From: Nanobdellati archaeon
GTDB lineage: Archaea > B1Sed10-29 > JAGVWA01
DNA: 64,000 nt
Assembly (NCBI GenBank): GCA_018304505.1
Contig: JAGVWA010000001.1
Span: 1,537 to 65,536, forward strand
Direction: 5' to 3'
Made by a program: the position numbers and the translations under genes. Below are positions 27,054 through 36,141 of the stretch, piece after piece (the first letter of the stretch is position 1; each line of letters begins with the position of its first letter). A model generated the notes under the pieces. It was not told the origin of the DNA and searched no databases. It worked only from the letters and a program-made list of their open reading frames with translations.

Positions 27054-27599
27054 ATGGTATTACTGGAAGGAAAAGGGGGCCTAGAGCTCGGAGACGAGAT
27101 ACCACAATTCAATTTGAAGAACATCGACAATTCACTGCTGTCTAGCGATTCCCTAAAGAAGCAAGTGAAGCTAATCGTTTTCACGTGCAACCACTGCCCA
27201 TATGCGCAAGCAGGGTGGCCAAAATTAGTCCACATATACTCGAAATTCAAGGACAGGGTCGACTTCGTGGCGATCAACAGCAACGACGCGGTCAATTACC
27301 CAGAAGACAGTTTTGAAAACATGAAACCGTTTGCACAAGAACACAGCATACCTTTTCCGTACCTGCACGACGAAACCCAGGAAGTCGCAAAAGCGTATGG
27401 GGCAAAGTGCACGCCAGACGTGTACGTTTTCCACAATGACACATTGCAGTACAGGGGCAGAATCGATTCACAGTTCGACGCTCCATATTCAGAGACAGAA
27501 CATGACCTCGAAAACGCACTGCAGGAAATCACACAAACAGGAAAGTTCACAGGCACATCAAAACCATCAATGGGTTGCTCGATAAAATGGAAGACATAA
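27054..27599 (+). CDS. thioredoxin-fold redoxin (AhpC/TSA-like thiol-disulfide oxidoreductase)
   Basis: VKLIVFTCNHCPYAQAGWP supplies a CxxC in a thioredoxin-fold context. Confidence 0.6.
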   Translation: MVLLEGKGGLELGDEIPQFNLKNIDNSLLSSDSLKKQVKLIVFTCNHCPYAQAGWPKLVHIYSKFKDRVDFVAINSNDAVNYPEDSFENMKPFAQEHSIPFPYLHDETQEVAKAYGAKCTPDVYVFHNDTLQYRGRIDSQFDAPYSETEHDLENALQEITQTGKFTGTSKPSMGCSIKWKT

Positions 27600-27907
27600 C
27601 AATATCCCCTTACGACGTAAAGGAAAAAATCCACAACGAGGAAGACGTTCTATTGCTCGATGTTAGGGAACCCGGCGAGTTTAAGACTGCCCAGATACAC
27701 GGAGCAAAACTTATTCCGCTCAAGGAACTATCCCTACGCACAGGCGAGCTGCCAAAAGACGCCGAGATAATTGCATACTGCCACCACGGCGTAAGGAGCT
27801 TGCAAGCAGCACACCTGCTCACAAGTAAAGGCTTCAACGCGAAATCGATGGCGGGCGGCATTGATTCCTGGAGTCAACAAATCGACGGGCATGTACCGCG
27901 ATACTAA
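27587..27907 (+). CDS. rhodanese-domain sulfurtransferase
   Basis: Active-site loop YCHHGVRS (Cys-x-x-G-x-R) and a typical ~100-aa rhodanese length. Confidence 0.8.
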   Translation: MEDITISPYDVKEKIHNEEDVLLLDVREPGEFKTAQIHGAKLIPLKELSLRTGELPKDAEIIAYCHHGVRSLQAAHLLTSKGFNAKSMAGGIDSWSQQIDGHVPRY

Positions 27908-27960
27908 CAAAACCAATAAACAAAAAGCTTTAAATCAAACCACAGAGTAAGTGAAAAGCA

Positions 27961-29283
27961 ATGGTGTACGAATTCAAATTCCCAGACGTTGGAGAAGGCA
28001 TAACAGAAGGCACAATAGTCAAATGGGTCATCAAGATCGGAGATGCGATAAAGGAAGATCAGGCACTAGGAGAAATCGAGACTGACAAGGCAGTAGTCGA
28101 GATACCTTCGCCCAGGACTGGAAAAATACTCCAGCTGCACATTGCCGAAGGAGACAAGGTCAAGGTCGGCCAAGTCATGGTCACGATCGACGACGGAACA
28201 GGACCTGAAAAACCAGCAGCAGAGAAACCAGCACAAGCTGCGCCAGCAGAACCCCCAAAGAAAAAATCAATAGGCGTCGTAGGCGAGTTGCCGAGCGATG
28301 AAACCGAATTCACGCTGCCTATTTCTGCAAAATCTGCAAAACACGAAGCAATGAAACCGCAAGCAGCACCAGAGCCAGGAGCCACAAGACCAGCAGCTGT
28401 GAATGCGTCTCCAAAAGTTCGGAAGCTCGCGCAAGAAAGGGGAATCGACTTATCAAAGGTAACAGGAAGCGGCCCCAGGGGCGCGATAACCGAAGCTGAC
28501 TTGACTGGAGAAGCAAAACAACAAGCAGCAACGCCAATAGGCGAGGTTCCGAAGTTTAAGGTTCAGAAAAAGTACGACCTATGGGGGCACGTAAAGCGAA
28601 TTCCATACAAGAGCATCCGAAAAACAATTGGGGATCACCTCAGTACAGCGTGGGCAGAAGCAGTGCACGTAACGCACATTGAAGAGATCGACGTGACGCA
28701 TCTTGTAGAGATCCGCGAGCGGGAAAAGAAAAACGCTGAAACAAAAGGAATCAAACTCACTTATTTGCCGTTCGTCATGAAAGCTTTGGTAAAAGCAATA
28801 GAGGAGAACCCGATTGTTGCTTCAGAACTTGACGAGCACGATGAGGCGATCATCATCAAGGAGTACAGAAACATCGGCTTCGCAGTCGCTACCGAGAATG
28901 GCCTTCTTGTTCCTGTGATAAAAGGCGCAGACCAAAAATCAATAATGCAAATAGCGGATGAAATTGTGAAGCTCGCAGATGCAGCCAGGACCAGAAAGAT
29001 CAACTTGAACGACATGAAGGGAGGCATCATAACCATTACCAACATCGGGGGCCTCGGAGGCATTGCAGCCACGCCGATATTGAATTACCCCGAATCAAGC
29101 ATCATCTCCACAATGGCCATACGCGAATTGCCAAGGTACATTGATGGCAAGCTTGAAAAAAGAAAGGTCATGAACTGCGGAATCACGTTCGACCACCGTA
29201 TTTATGACGGTGCAGAGGCAGCGCGATTTATGAACTCGCTCAAAAAATACCTCGAGGATCCCGATTCGTTGTTGCTGGATTAA
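27961..29283 (+). CDS. 2-oxoacid dehydrogenase E2 (dihydrolipoamide acyltransferase)
   Basis: Lipoyl domain (GEIETDKAVVEIPSP), Ala/Pro linker, E3-binding region, and catalytic DHRIYDGAEAARF. Confidence 0.9.
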   Translation: MVYEFKFPDVGEGITEGTIVKWVIKIGDAIKEDQALGEIETDKAVVEIPSPRTGKILQLHIAEGDKVKVGQVMVTIDDGTGPEKPAAEKPAQAAPAEPPKKKSIGVVGELPSDETEFTLPISAKSAKHEAMKPQAAPEPGATRPAAVNASPKVRKLAQERGIDLSKVTGSGPRGAITEADLTGEAKQQAATPIGEVPKFKVQKKYDLWGHVKRIPYKSIRKTIGDHLSTAWAEAVHVTHIEEIDVTHLVEIREREKKNAETKGIKLTYLPFVMKALVKAIEENPIVASELDEHDEAIIIKEYRNIGFAVATENGLLVPVIKGADQKSIMQIADEIVKLADAARTRKINLNDMKGGIITITNIGGLGGIAATPILNYPESSIISTMAIRELPRYIDGKLEKRKVMNCGITFDHRIYDGAEAARFMNSLKKYLEDPDSLLLD

Positions 29284-29287
29284 AAAA

Positions 29288-30100
29288 CTAGAACAGCACC
29301 TTCCTCGGAATCGAGGTGCTGAGGTTCTGCTCTATCATTCGCCTCAGTGACAATTTATACTCGCTGTTTTTCAACAACTCTTTAACACGAGTCTTTTTTT
29401 CTGGAAAGAATTCTTCAACTGTTTGCTCGAACATTGGCCATGTGCTCCTCGCGATGACCGTGTCAAAATATGCATAACTTGGCTGAACTTCATTCAGCCT
29501 GCTAATCAGCCTTTCAAGATTAGTGAACAGTGGCAGTATTGGGGAAACCATGGCGTTGGCCTTAAGGCCTTTCTCAAGCACGGTTTCCATGGCTGCAAAG
29601 CGCTTTTCGATGCTGGCTGCATTTGGCTCGAAAATTCTCGTGTATGTGTCATCGTGAAACGCTATGGATAAGCCAACTTCGTCAGTCTCATCGAGCAAAT
29701 CGAGATCCCTAATAACGTTATGCGACTTTGTCAGAATGCTAATTGTGCAACCATGGTCTTTAAGCAGCTTGATGCATCGCCTAACGATTTTTTCTTTTAA
29801 TTCAATGGGCTGGTACGGGTCAGTAAGGCCACTAACCAAGACCTTGCCTGGCGCGGTTTTTTCGAGTTCCCTCTCCAATTTCTGGACAAAGTCTTTCTTC
29901 ACGTCAACAAAACTGCCCCATTCTTCAGTTGCATGATGGCATGCCTTTGTATACGCAGCATAGCAATACCGACACCCTGAATGGCAACCAACATAAGGAT
30001 TAATTACGTAGTCCAGGCCATTTATTCTTGTTTTTGTGAAGGCGTGCTCTTGTTTGACCCTTGCGAGGATCGTTTCATGCTCTTGGACAGCTATCTTCAT
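29288..30100 (-). CDS. radical SAM protein (SplB-like)
   Basis: CHSGCRYCYA forms a Cx3Cx2C radical-SAM cluster motif. Confidence 0.7.
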   Translation of the reverse strand: MKIAVQEHETILARVKQEHAFTKTRINGLDYVINPYVGCHSGCRYCYAAYTKACHHATEEWGSFVDVKKDFVQKLERELEKTAPGKVLVSGLTDPYQPIELKEKIVRRCIKLLKDHGCTISILTKSHNVIRDLDLLDETDEVGLSIAFHDDTYTRIFEPNAASIEKRFAAMETVLEKGLKANAMVSPILPLFTNLERLISRLNEVQPSYAYFDTVIARSTWPMFEQTVEEFFPEKKTRVKELLKNSEYKLSLRRMIEQNLSTSIPRKVLF

Positions 30101-30106
30101 TTCAAT

Positions 30107-30859
30107 TTACCTCGATAAGTTCCATGAATCGTTTGCATATTTCTCTTCAACAAGTTGCCATGCGCGCGTTCTCTCAGCATCAGTAAAATCCCCGATGTAG
30201 TGCTCCTTGTCTTCTGAAAAACTCTCTGCCAGGGCTTGTGCTGTTTCTTCTATCGATTTTTCGCAGAGGTTTCGGATACAAGTTACCCTTTCCTCAACTT
30301 GCGCAATGTCCTTGTCCGAGATTTTTTCCCTGCCCACATTCAGGTAGGAAAACATCTTCTCTACATTGAGGTCATAAAGCAGCGTGCCGTGTTGAAGTAA
30401 AACACCCTGCCGCCTCGTCTGGGCATTGCCCGAAATTTTCTTTCCGCTCTGCGTTACTATTATGTCGTTGATTGGCTTGAAATGCGCGCTGATGTTTATT
30501 TTCCCGAGGGCATTGACGACGTAGCCGCAAATCAGCTGGTATGACTCTGTAATGCCATTCGGCATCATGCTTTCTGGCGCTATGAGTGAGTACGTTATTT
30601 CCCCGTCTTTGTCATTGTAGACCGCGCCGCCGCCGGTGATGCGCCGAATCACCTGAACGTGATCTTCAATGCACTTGTCATAATGCGTTTCTTTTTTTGC
30701 GTTTTGGAAACAACCTATTGTTACTGACGAGTTTTTCCAGCGGTAGAATCGAATTGTTGGTGGACTATGCTTATCACGAATTGCTTCCATGACTGATTCG
30801 TCGAGGGCCATGTTCATGGTGCTGTCATTGCACTCTGGGGAGATGATGCGCCACTTCAT
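30107..30859 (-). CDS. lplA: lipoate-protein ligase A, catalytic N-terminal domain
   Basis: RRITGGGAVYNDKDGEITYSLI and KISGNAQ match the BPL/LPL catalytic motifs. Confidence 0.85.
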   Translation of the reverse strand: MKWRIISPECNDSTMNMALDESVMEAIRDKHSPPTIRFYRWKNSSVTIGCFQNAKKETHYDKCIEDHVQVIRRITGGGAVYNDKDGEITYSLIAPESMMPNGITESYQLICGYVVNALGKINISAHFKPINDIIVTQSGKKISGNAQTRRQGVLLQHGTLLYDLNVEKMFSYLNVGREKISDKDIAQVEERVTCIRNLCEKSIEETAQALAESFSEDKEHYIGDFTDAERTRAWQLVEEKYANDSWNLSR

Positions 30860-31128
30860 TTGCCTGCCGCCTCCCGAATTAATCCCTGGATATCAGCTGC
30901 TGTTATGCCTATCAGTATTGCGTTTTTCAGTTCCAATGCGTCTATGACCGTGTCTTCTATGCTTGATTCTATGTTTTGCCCAACAAGGGCATTTTCAATG
31001 TCATAGATGCTGTCCTCAGGCATAAGGAAAAAATCCCCCGTAATCTGTATCCCGTTAATGACGTTGCCATCTAACTCAACGTTTATCCTTACCATCTTGC
31101 CCTGCGGAACCTTTTTAACCAGCTCCAT
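30856..31128 (-). CDS. lipoate-protein ligase C-terminal domain protein (separately encoded LplA-C/LplB)
   Basis: 90-aa ORF translationally coupled upstream of lplA-N; archaeal LplA is typically split this way. Confidence 0.65.
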   Translation of the reverse strand: MELVKKVPQGKMVRINVELDGNVINGIQITGDFFLMPEDSIYDIENALVGQNIESSIEDTVIDALELKNAILIGITAADIQGLIREAAGK

Positions 31129-31403
31129 CTTATATCTATATGGTTCGATGAATAAGTAACTTTGCCACTGGCAAATTTACCAAAAAGTAAATAATCCCCG
31201 GTCTAAAAAATCGAGAAAATAACCGAAAACATGGCCAATCATGGCAAATTTTCAAAATGGTTCGGAAAAACAACCATATTTTGCACAACAACTTTGATTT
31301 TCAAACCTATTTATTAATAAGCCCGATTGGGTTACCTAATACTGCATGGAGACCGAACCACTCAGGATCCCAAGCAAAAAACACTAAAAAGGAGGACCTC
31401 ATA

Positions 31404-34262
31404 ATGACACCAACCAAAATCGAGACAGAACAGGGATTTACAATGACACAACTTAAAACAGGCAAAATTGAAGGAAAATACGGAAACGGAGTGACTTTTG
31501 AACGCGTCTTTACCAAGCCGGGTGTGCACCCATATGACGAAATAGAATGGGAGCCCCGCGATGCGGTAATCAAGAACGAGCGCGGCGACGAGGTTTTTAA
31601 GCAGACTGGGGTCGAGGTACCAAAGTTCTGGTCACAAACTGCGACAAACATAGTGGCACAGAAGTACTTCAAGGGCATCCTTGGGACCACGACAAGGGAG
31701 TACTCAGCAAAGCAGCTAATCGACCGGGTCGCAATCACAATTACAAACTGGGGCCGCAAGGATGGATACTTCCAGACATCAGAAGACGCCGACGTGTTTG
31801 AACACGAACTCACGTACCTGCTCATAAATCAGCTGATGGCCTTCAATTCCCCTGTGTGGTTCAACGTAGGCGCAGTTGAGCAGCCTCAATGCTCTGCCTG
31901 CTTTATCAATGAAGTGAAGGACAGCATTCAGTCAATCCTCGACCTCGCAAAAACAGAAGGCATGCTCTTCAAAAGCGGCTCAGGCTCAGGGGTGAATGTA
32001 AGTCCACTCAGGAGCAAAAAAGAATCGCTATCACTAGGAGGCACATCTTCTGGCCCAGTCAGCTTCATGAAAGGCATCGACGCAATGGCAGGCTCCATCA
32101 AGTCCGGCGGAACCACAAGGCGCGCTGCAAAGATGGTGATAATGAACATTGACCACCCTGACATCCTCGACTTCGTCAGAAGCAAGGCCAATGAAGAACG
32201 GAAGGCCTGGGCGCTAATCGACGCGGGCTACGACAGCAGCTTCAACGGCGAGGCATATAATTCAATTAGTTTCCAAAATGCAAACCACAGCGTCAGGGTC
32301 ACTGACGAGTTCATGAAGGCCGTGGAACAAGATAAAGACTGGACTACAAAATTCGTCGTCTCGGGCAAGCCAGCAGACACGTACAAGGCCCGGGACTTGA
32401 TGAAAGACATCTCGGACGCAGCATGGATCTGCGGCGACCCTGGAATGCAATACGACACCATGATCAACAAATGGCACACATGCCCGAATACTGACATGAT
32501 ACACGCCAGTAATCCGTGCAGTGAGTACATGTTTTTAAACAATACTGCATGCAACCTTGCCTCATTGAACTTGATGAAGTTCAGGACAGACGGCGGCGCC
32601 ATTGACACGGGCCTCTTTAAGAAAGCAATAGCAACAACAATAACTGCAATGGAAATCATTGTAGGCAACGCAGGTTATCCAACGCCGCAGATCACGCAAA
32701 TGAGCCACGACTACAGAACCCTTGGCTTGGGATACGCAAACCTCGGCGCATTGCTAATGAGCCGCGGCCAGGCCTACGACTCTGATGAAGGCCGCAATTT
32801 TGCAGCAGCGATCACAAGCTTAATGACGGGCGAAGCGTACAGGCAAAGCGCGCTCATCGCAGAATACATGGAGCCATTCCCAGGATACAAAATAAACGAA
32901 GAACCAATGCTGCACGTTATCGACATGCACAGGCAGGCCACGAAAAAAATCGAGACAGACGGCGTGTCAGAAGAACTACTGAAAGAAGCAGAATCATCTT
33001 GGGAAGAAGCATACACCCTAGGAAAGAAACACGGATACAGGAATGCCCAAGCCTCAGTGCTCGCACCGACCGGCACCATCGCGTTCCTGATGGACTGCGA
33101 CACAACAGGAATTGAACCACCAATCGCCCTCGTTAGTTATAAATGGCTGGTTGGCGGTGGTATGATAAAGATGGTCAACAACATCGTGCCAGAGGCCCTG
33201 CGGACACTCGGATATTCCGATGAAGAATCAACCGAGATACTAGAATACCTCGACAAGAACGACACCATCGAGGGGGCTCCTCATTTAAAAACTGAGCACT
33301 TGCCAGTGTTCGACTGCGCCTTCAAGCCAGCAAACGGCAAGCGAAGCATACACTACCTCGGCCATGTCAAAATGATGGCTGCAACGCAACCATTCATATC
33401 AGGCGCCATTTCAAAAACAGTTAACATGCCAAATGACGCAACGCCGGAGGAGATCTCAAAGGTATACCTCGATGCTTGGAAACTAGGCTTAAAGGCGATC
33501 GCGATCTACAGGGACGGGTGCAAGAGAACACAGCCAGTAACTACTGACAAGAAAGGCCGCTCATCAGAAGTCGTGCCAATGGACAGCTTCGGTACCACAT
33601 CAACAAAAAAGCAAGTGCAGATACAAGAAAAAATCGTGTACAAGGCACGACGGGAGCGAATGCCGGACGAGAGAAGAAGCATAACGCACAAGTTCAGCAT
33701 TGCAAACCACGAAGGGTACATCACCGTCGGGGAATACGAAGACAGCAGGCCAGGTGAATTGTTCATAGTGATGGCAAAACAAGGCTCAACCATCTCAGGC
33801 TTGATGGACACCTTTGCCACATCAGTGTCAATCGCGCTGCAGTATGGCGTTCCGATCGATGTACTTGTCAGGAAATTTACAAACACCAAGTACGAGCCAT
33901 CAGGCGTCACAACCAACCCTGAAATACGGATGGCCAAGTCGATTACAGACTACATCTTCAGATGGCTTGCCTCAAAATACCTGAACACAAAGGAACAGCG
34001 CCTTGCTGGCCTCTATGACACGGGACAACAACTTACGCTGGCCGAGACCACAACCGTGCTAACGCCAATGCCTATCGAAAACACGGTAATGACAACGGCC
34101 ATGTCTGGCATCTCCGGAAATCTGAGAAGCACTGCGAACAGCATCGTCACTTTCGAGGTAGAGTCTGACTCGCCACCCTGCCCTGACTGCGGTGCAATCA
34201 TGGTGCGCAACGGGGCATGCTACAAGTGCCTCAACTGCGGATCCTCCAGCGGATGCAGCTGA
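31404..34262 (+). CDS. nrdJ: adenosylcobalamin-dependent ribonucleotide reductase (class II, NrdJ)
   Basis: ~950 aa; core includes NPCSEYMFLNNTACNLASLNL and a C-terminal zinc ribbon (CPDCGAIMVRNGACYKCLNCG). GGAGG RBS at 31391. Confidence 0.9.
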   Translation: MTPTKIETEQGFTMTQLKTGKIEGKYGNGVTFERVFTKPGVHPYDEIEWEPRDAVIKNERGDEVFKQTGVEVPKFWSQTATNIVAQKYFKGILGTTTREYSAKQLIDRVAITITNWGRKDGYFQTSEDADVFEHELTYLLINQLMAFNSPVWFNVGAVEQPQCSACFINEVKDSIQSILDLAKTEGMLFKSGSGSGVNVSPLRSKKESLSLGGTSSGPVSFMKGIDAMAGSIKSGGTTRRAAKMVIMNIDHPDILDFVRSKANEERKAWALIDAGYDSSFNGEAYNSISFQNANHSVRVTDEFMKAVEQDKDWTTKFVVSGKPADTYKARDLMKDISDAAWICGDPGMQYDTMINKWHTCPNTDMIHASNPCSEYMFLNNTACNLASLNLMKFRTDGGAIDTGLFKKAIATTITAMEIIVGNAGYPTPQITQMSHDYRTLGLGYANLGALLMSRGQAYDSDEGRNFAAAITSLMTGEAYRQSALIAEYMEPFPGYKINEEPMLHVIDMHRQATKKIETDGVSEELLKEAESSWEEAYTLGKKHGYRNAQASVLAPTGTIAFLMDCDTTGIEPPIALVSYKWLVGGGMIKMVNNIVPEALRTLGYSDEESTEILEYLDKNDTIEGAPHLKTEHLPVFDCAFKPANGKRSIHYLGHVKMMAATQPFISGAISKTVNMPNDATPEEISKVYLDAWKLGLKAIAIYRDGCKRTQPVTTDKKGRSSEVVPMDSFGTTSTKKQVQIQEKIVYKARRERMPDERRSITHKFSIANHEGYITVGEYEDSRPGELFIVMAKQGSTISGLMDTFATSVSIALQYGVPIDVLVRKFTNTKYEPSGVTTNPEIRMAKSITDYIFRWLASKYLNTKEQRLAGLYDTGQQLTLAETTTVLTPMPIENTVMTTAMSGISGNLRSTANSIVTFEVESDSPPCPDCGAIMVRNGACYKCLNCGSSSGCS

Positions 34263-34308
34263 AACCAGCTGCGCCCCCCATTTCTAAATTAACTCGAAGC
34301 GAGATAAA

Positions 34309-34332
34309 CCAGAAACCACTAGCAGTGGTTCT
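34309..34332 (+). promoter_or_regulatory. conserved upstream element of the PIN gene family (copy 3), with inverted repeat
   Basis: ccagaaaccactag-cagtggttct: the arms gaaaccact / agtggttct are near-perfect complements. Confidence 0.5.
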
Positions 34333-34365
34333 ATTGGTTTTTTATTCTAGAATCGATACGATTAG

Positions 34366-34512
34366 CCATGTCAAAACTGGCTTACTGCGACACCTGCATT
34401 TATATCGATTACCTTGCAGAGCGAGCCAGACGCAATGAGGCATACTCCTTCTTCGCAAAGGAGCTCTCATGCAAATATAACCTTGTGGTGTCTGACTGGA
34501 CCCTGCTTTTTT
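34366..34512 (+). pseudogene. truncated remnant of the PIN-domain gene family (copy 3)
   Basis: MSKLAYCDTCIYIDYLAERARRNEAYSFFAKELSCKYNLVVSDWTLLF* matches the N-terminal ~45 aa of copy 2, then terminates. Preceded by the same upstream element. Confidence 0.5.
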
Positions 34513-34658
34513 AAACAGGCATAGTGAAGTTCCATCCTAAGCTATAGGTGATAACACCCCTCTTTATATAATTCAAGATACCGAATTAAAACCAACCAAG
34601 CAAACGACCACTAAGGTCCTATTTATCAAAAACCAAAGCAAAAATGGAGGAATAACAA

Positions 34659-35180
34659 ATGACGGTAAAAGTTGGAGAAAAAGCGCCGGAATTCGACAAA
34701 GAGGCCTACGTCAACGGCGAAATAAAACACGTCAAGCTCAGCGATTACAAGGGAAAATGGGTGGTCCTGTTTTTCTACCCACTGGACTTCACGTTCGTGT
34801 GCCCGACAGAGCTGAAGAGCTTCGCCAATGCGGTTCCTGAATTTGAAAAACTCAATACAGTGGTCATCGGCGCGTCTACTGATTCGGCACACTCGCACAA
34901 GGCATGGTTCAGCAAAGACCTTACAACAGTAAAATACCCCGTACTAGCAGACACGAACCACTCGCTGGCAAGCGACTATGGGGTGCTGATTGAAGAAAAG
35001 GGAATCGCCTTACGGGGTACATTCATAATAGACCCAGAAGGCACACTTAAATACCAAGTAGTGTCGAACAACGACGTTGGCAGAAGCGTAACAGAAACAC
35101 TGCGGGTTGTAGCAGCATGCCAAACCGGCGGCTTGTGCCCGGCTGAATGGAAACCAGGACAAGAAACGCTGAAACCATAA
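34659..35180 (+). CDS. peroxiredoxin (2-Cys Prx, AhpC/TSA family)
   Basis: FFYPLDFTFVCPTE peroxidatic Cys motif, plus a resolving Cys near the C-terminus. Confidence 0.9.
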   Translation: MTVKVGEKAPEFDKEAYVNGEIKHVKLSDYKGKWVVLFFYPLDFTFVCPTELKSFANAVPEFEKLNTVVIGASTDSAHSHKAWFSKDLTTVKYPVLADTNHSLASDYGVLIEEKGIALRGTFIIDPEGTLKYQVVSNNDVGRSVTETLRVVAACQTGGLCPAEWKPGQETLKP

Positions 35181-35289
35181 GCCCTTAGGCGTGCCCCCTG
35201 CAACCAATTTCAACCAATTTCTTTTTTTTCAATTAATTTTCTTAAAGTTCCCATTAACCTTTAAATTCTCTCGCGCCTTTTTTTCTAGC

Positions 35290-36141
35290 ATGGATGAACG
35301 CGCACAACGGTGGGTGGCAGGCCCCAAAGTTGAAGACGCACTACAACGCGTAAAGCAACAGAACGAGCACGGAATACGGGGAATCATCGACAAGCTCGGC
35401 GAAGGTACCAAGACGCAGGAAGACGTCTTACAAAACGTGGCAGAATACAAGAAAATCAGTGACATGATCCGCATCGATAAAGCACAGGCAGACATTTCCA
35501 TAAAGCTCACGTCCCTCGGCCTCGGCTTCGACAAGCAACTCGCGCAAAGTAGCATTGATGAAATTGTCCATTACGCAAGCGAAAACAACATCCTGATCTG
35601 GATTGATATGGAACACTCCCAGTACACGGACAGGACGATCGAGATTTTCAAGAACATGCACGCCAAGTATCCCGACAACATCGCCATCTGCCTGCAGGCC
35701 AAATTGAAGAGGACCCCTAGGGACCTCGAAGACCTGCTCAAGACCGGGAGCAAAATCAGGTTATGCAAAGGCATTTATTACGAAGAACCCGAAGTGGCGT
35801 TACAAGACTCCGACGAGATCAGGAAAGCATTTCTCAAGCAAATGGACACGCTGTTCGCAAAGGCAAAGGACTTCGGCATTGCAACGCACGACCAGGACAT
35901 CATAGACAAGGCACTCAAAAAAGAGCCACAAAATGATCGCTTCAGGCTGCAGATGCTCATGGGCGTCAGGGATAATGAAAAAGCCGAGTTGGCAAAGAAA
36001 CACGCGCTAGAAGAGTACATTCCTTACGGCGAAGACTGGAAGCCCTACGTGTCGCGCAGGGAAATCGAGCTTAAGCGTTCACTGGAACCGAAAAAAGAGA
36101 AGCCTAGCCTACTTCATAAGATCTCGTCAAGGTTTTTCTGA
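35290..36141 (+). CDS. proline dehydrogenase family protein
   Basis: KIRLCKGIYYEEPE (cf. RLVKGAY) and LQMLMGVRD (cf. FQMLYGM) of the ProDH TIM barrel. Confidence 0.65.
   Translation: MDERAQRWVAGPKVEDALQRVKQQNEHGIRGIIDKLGEGTKTQEDVLQNVAEYKKISDMIRIDKAQADISIKLTSLGLGFDKQLAQSSIDEIVHYASENNILIWIDMEHSQYTDRTIEIFKNMHAKYPDNIAICLQAKLKRTPRDLEDLLKTGSKIRLCKGIYYEEPEVALQDSDEIRKAFLKQMDTLFAKAKDFGIATHDQDIIDKALKKEPQNDRFRLQMLMGVRDNEKAELAKKHALEEYIPYGEDWKPYVSRREIELKRSLEPKKEKPSLLHKISSRFF

Noticed and set aside
31160-31210. Cobalamin riboswitch upstream of B12-dependent nrdJ (a GCCACTG B12-box-like heptamer at 31174)
   Set aside because: Only the heptamer matches. Other core elements (GGUG...AAUCC, AGGGAA) are absent or in the wrong order. 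The region is AT-rich and unstructured-looking. A B12 riboswitch would not be expected on a B12-dependent enzyme gene in an archaeon.
35191-35289. N-terminal 33-aa extension of the proline dehydrogenase ORF (track start 35191)
   Set aside because: The extension is encoded by a T-rich terminator/promoter-like tract (ttttttttcaattaattttc). The ATG at 35290 yields a canonical N-terminus.
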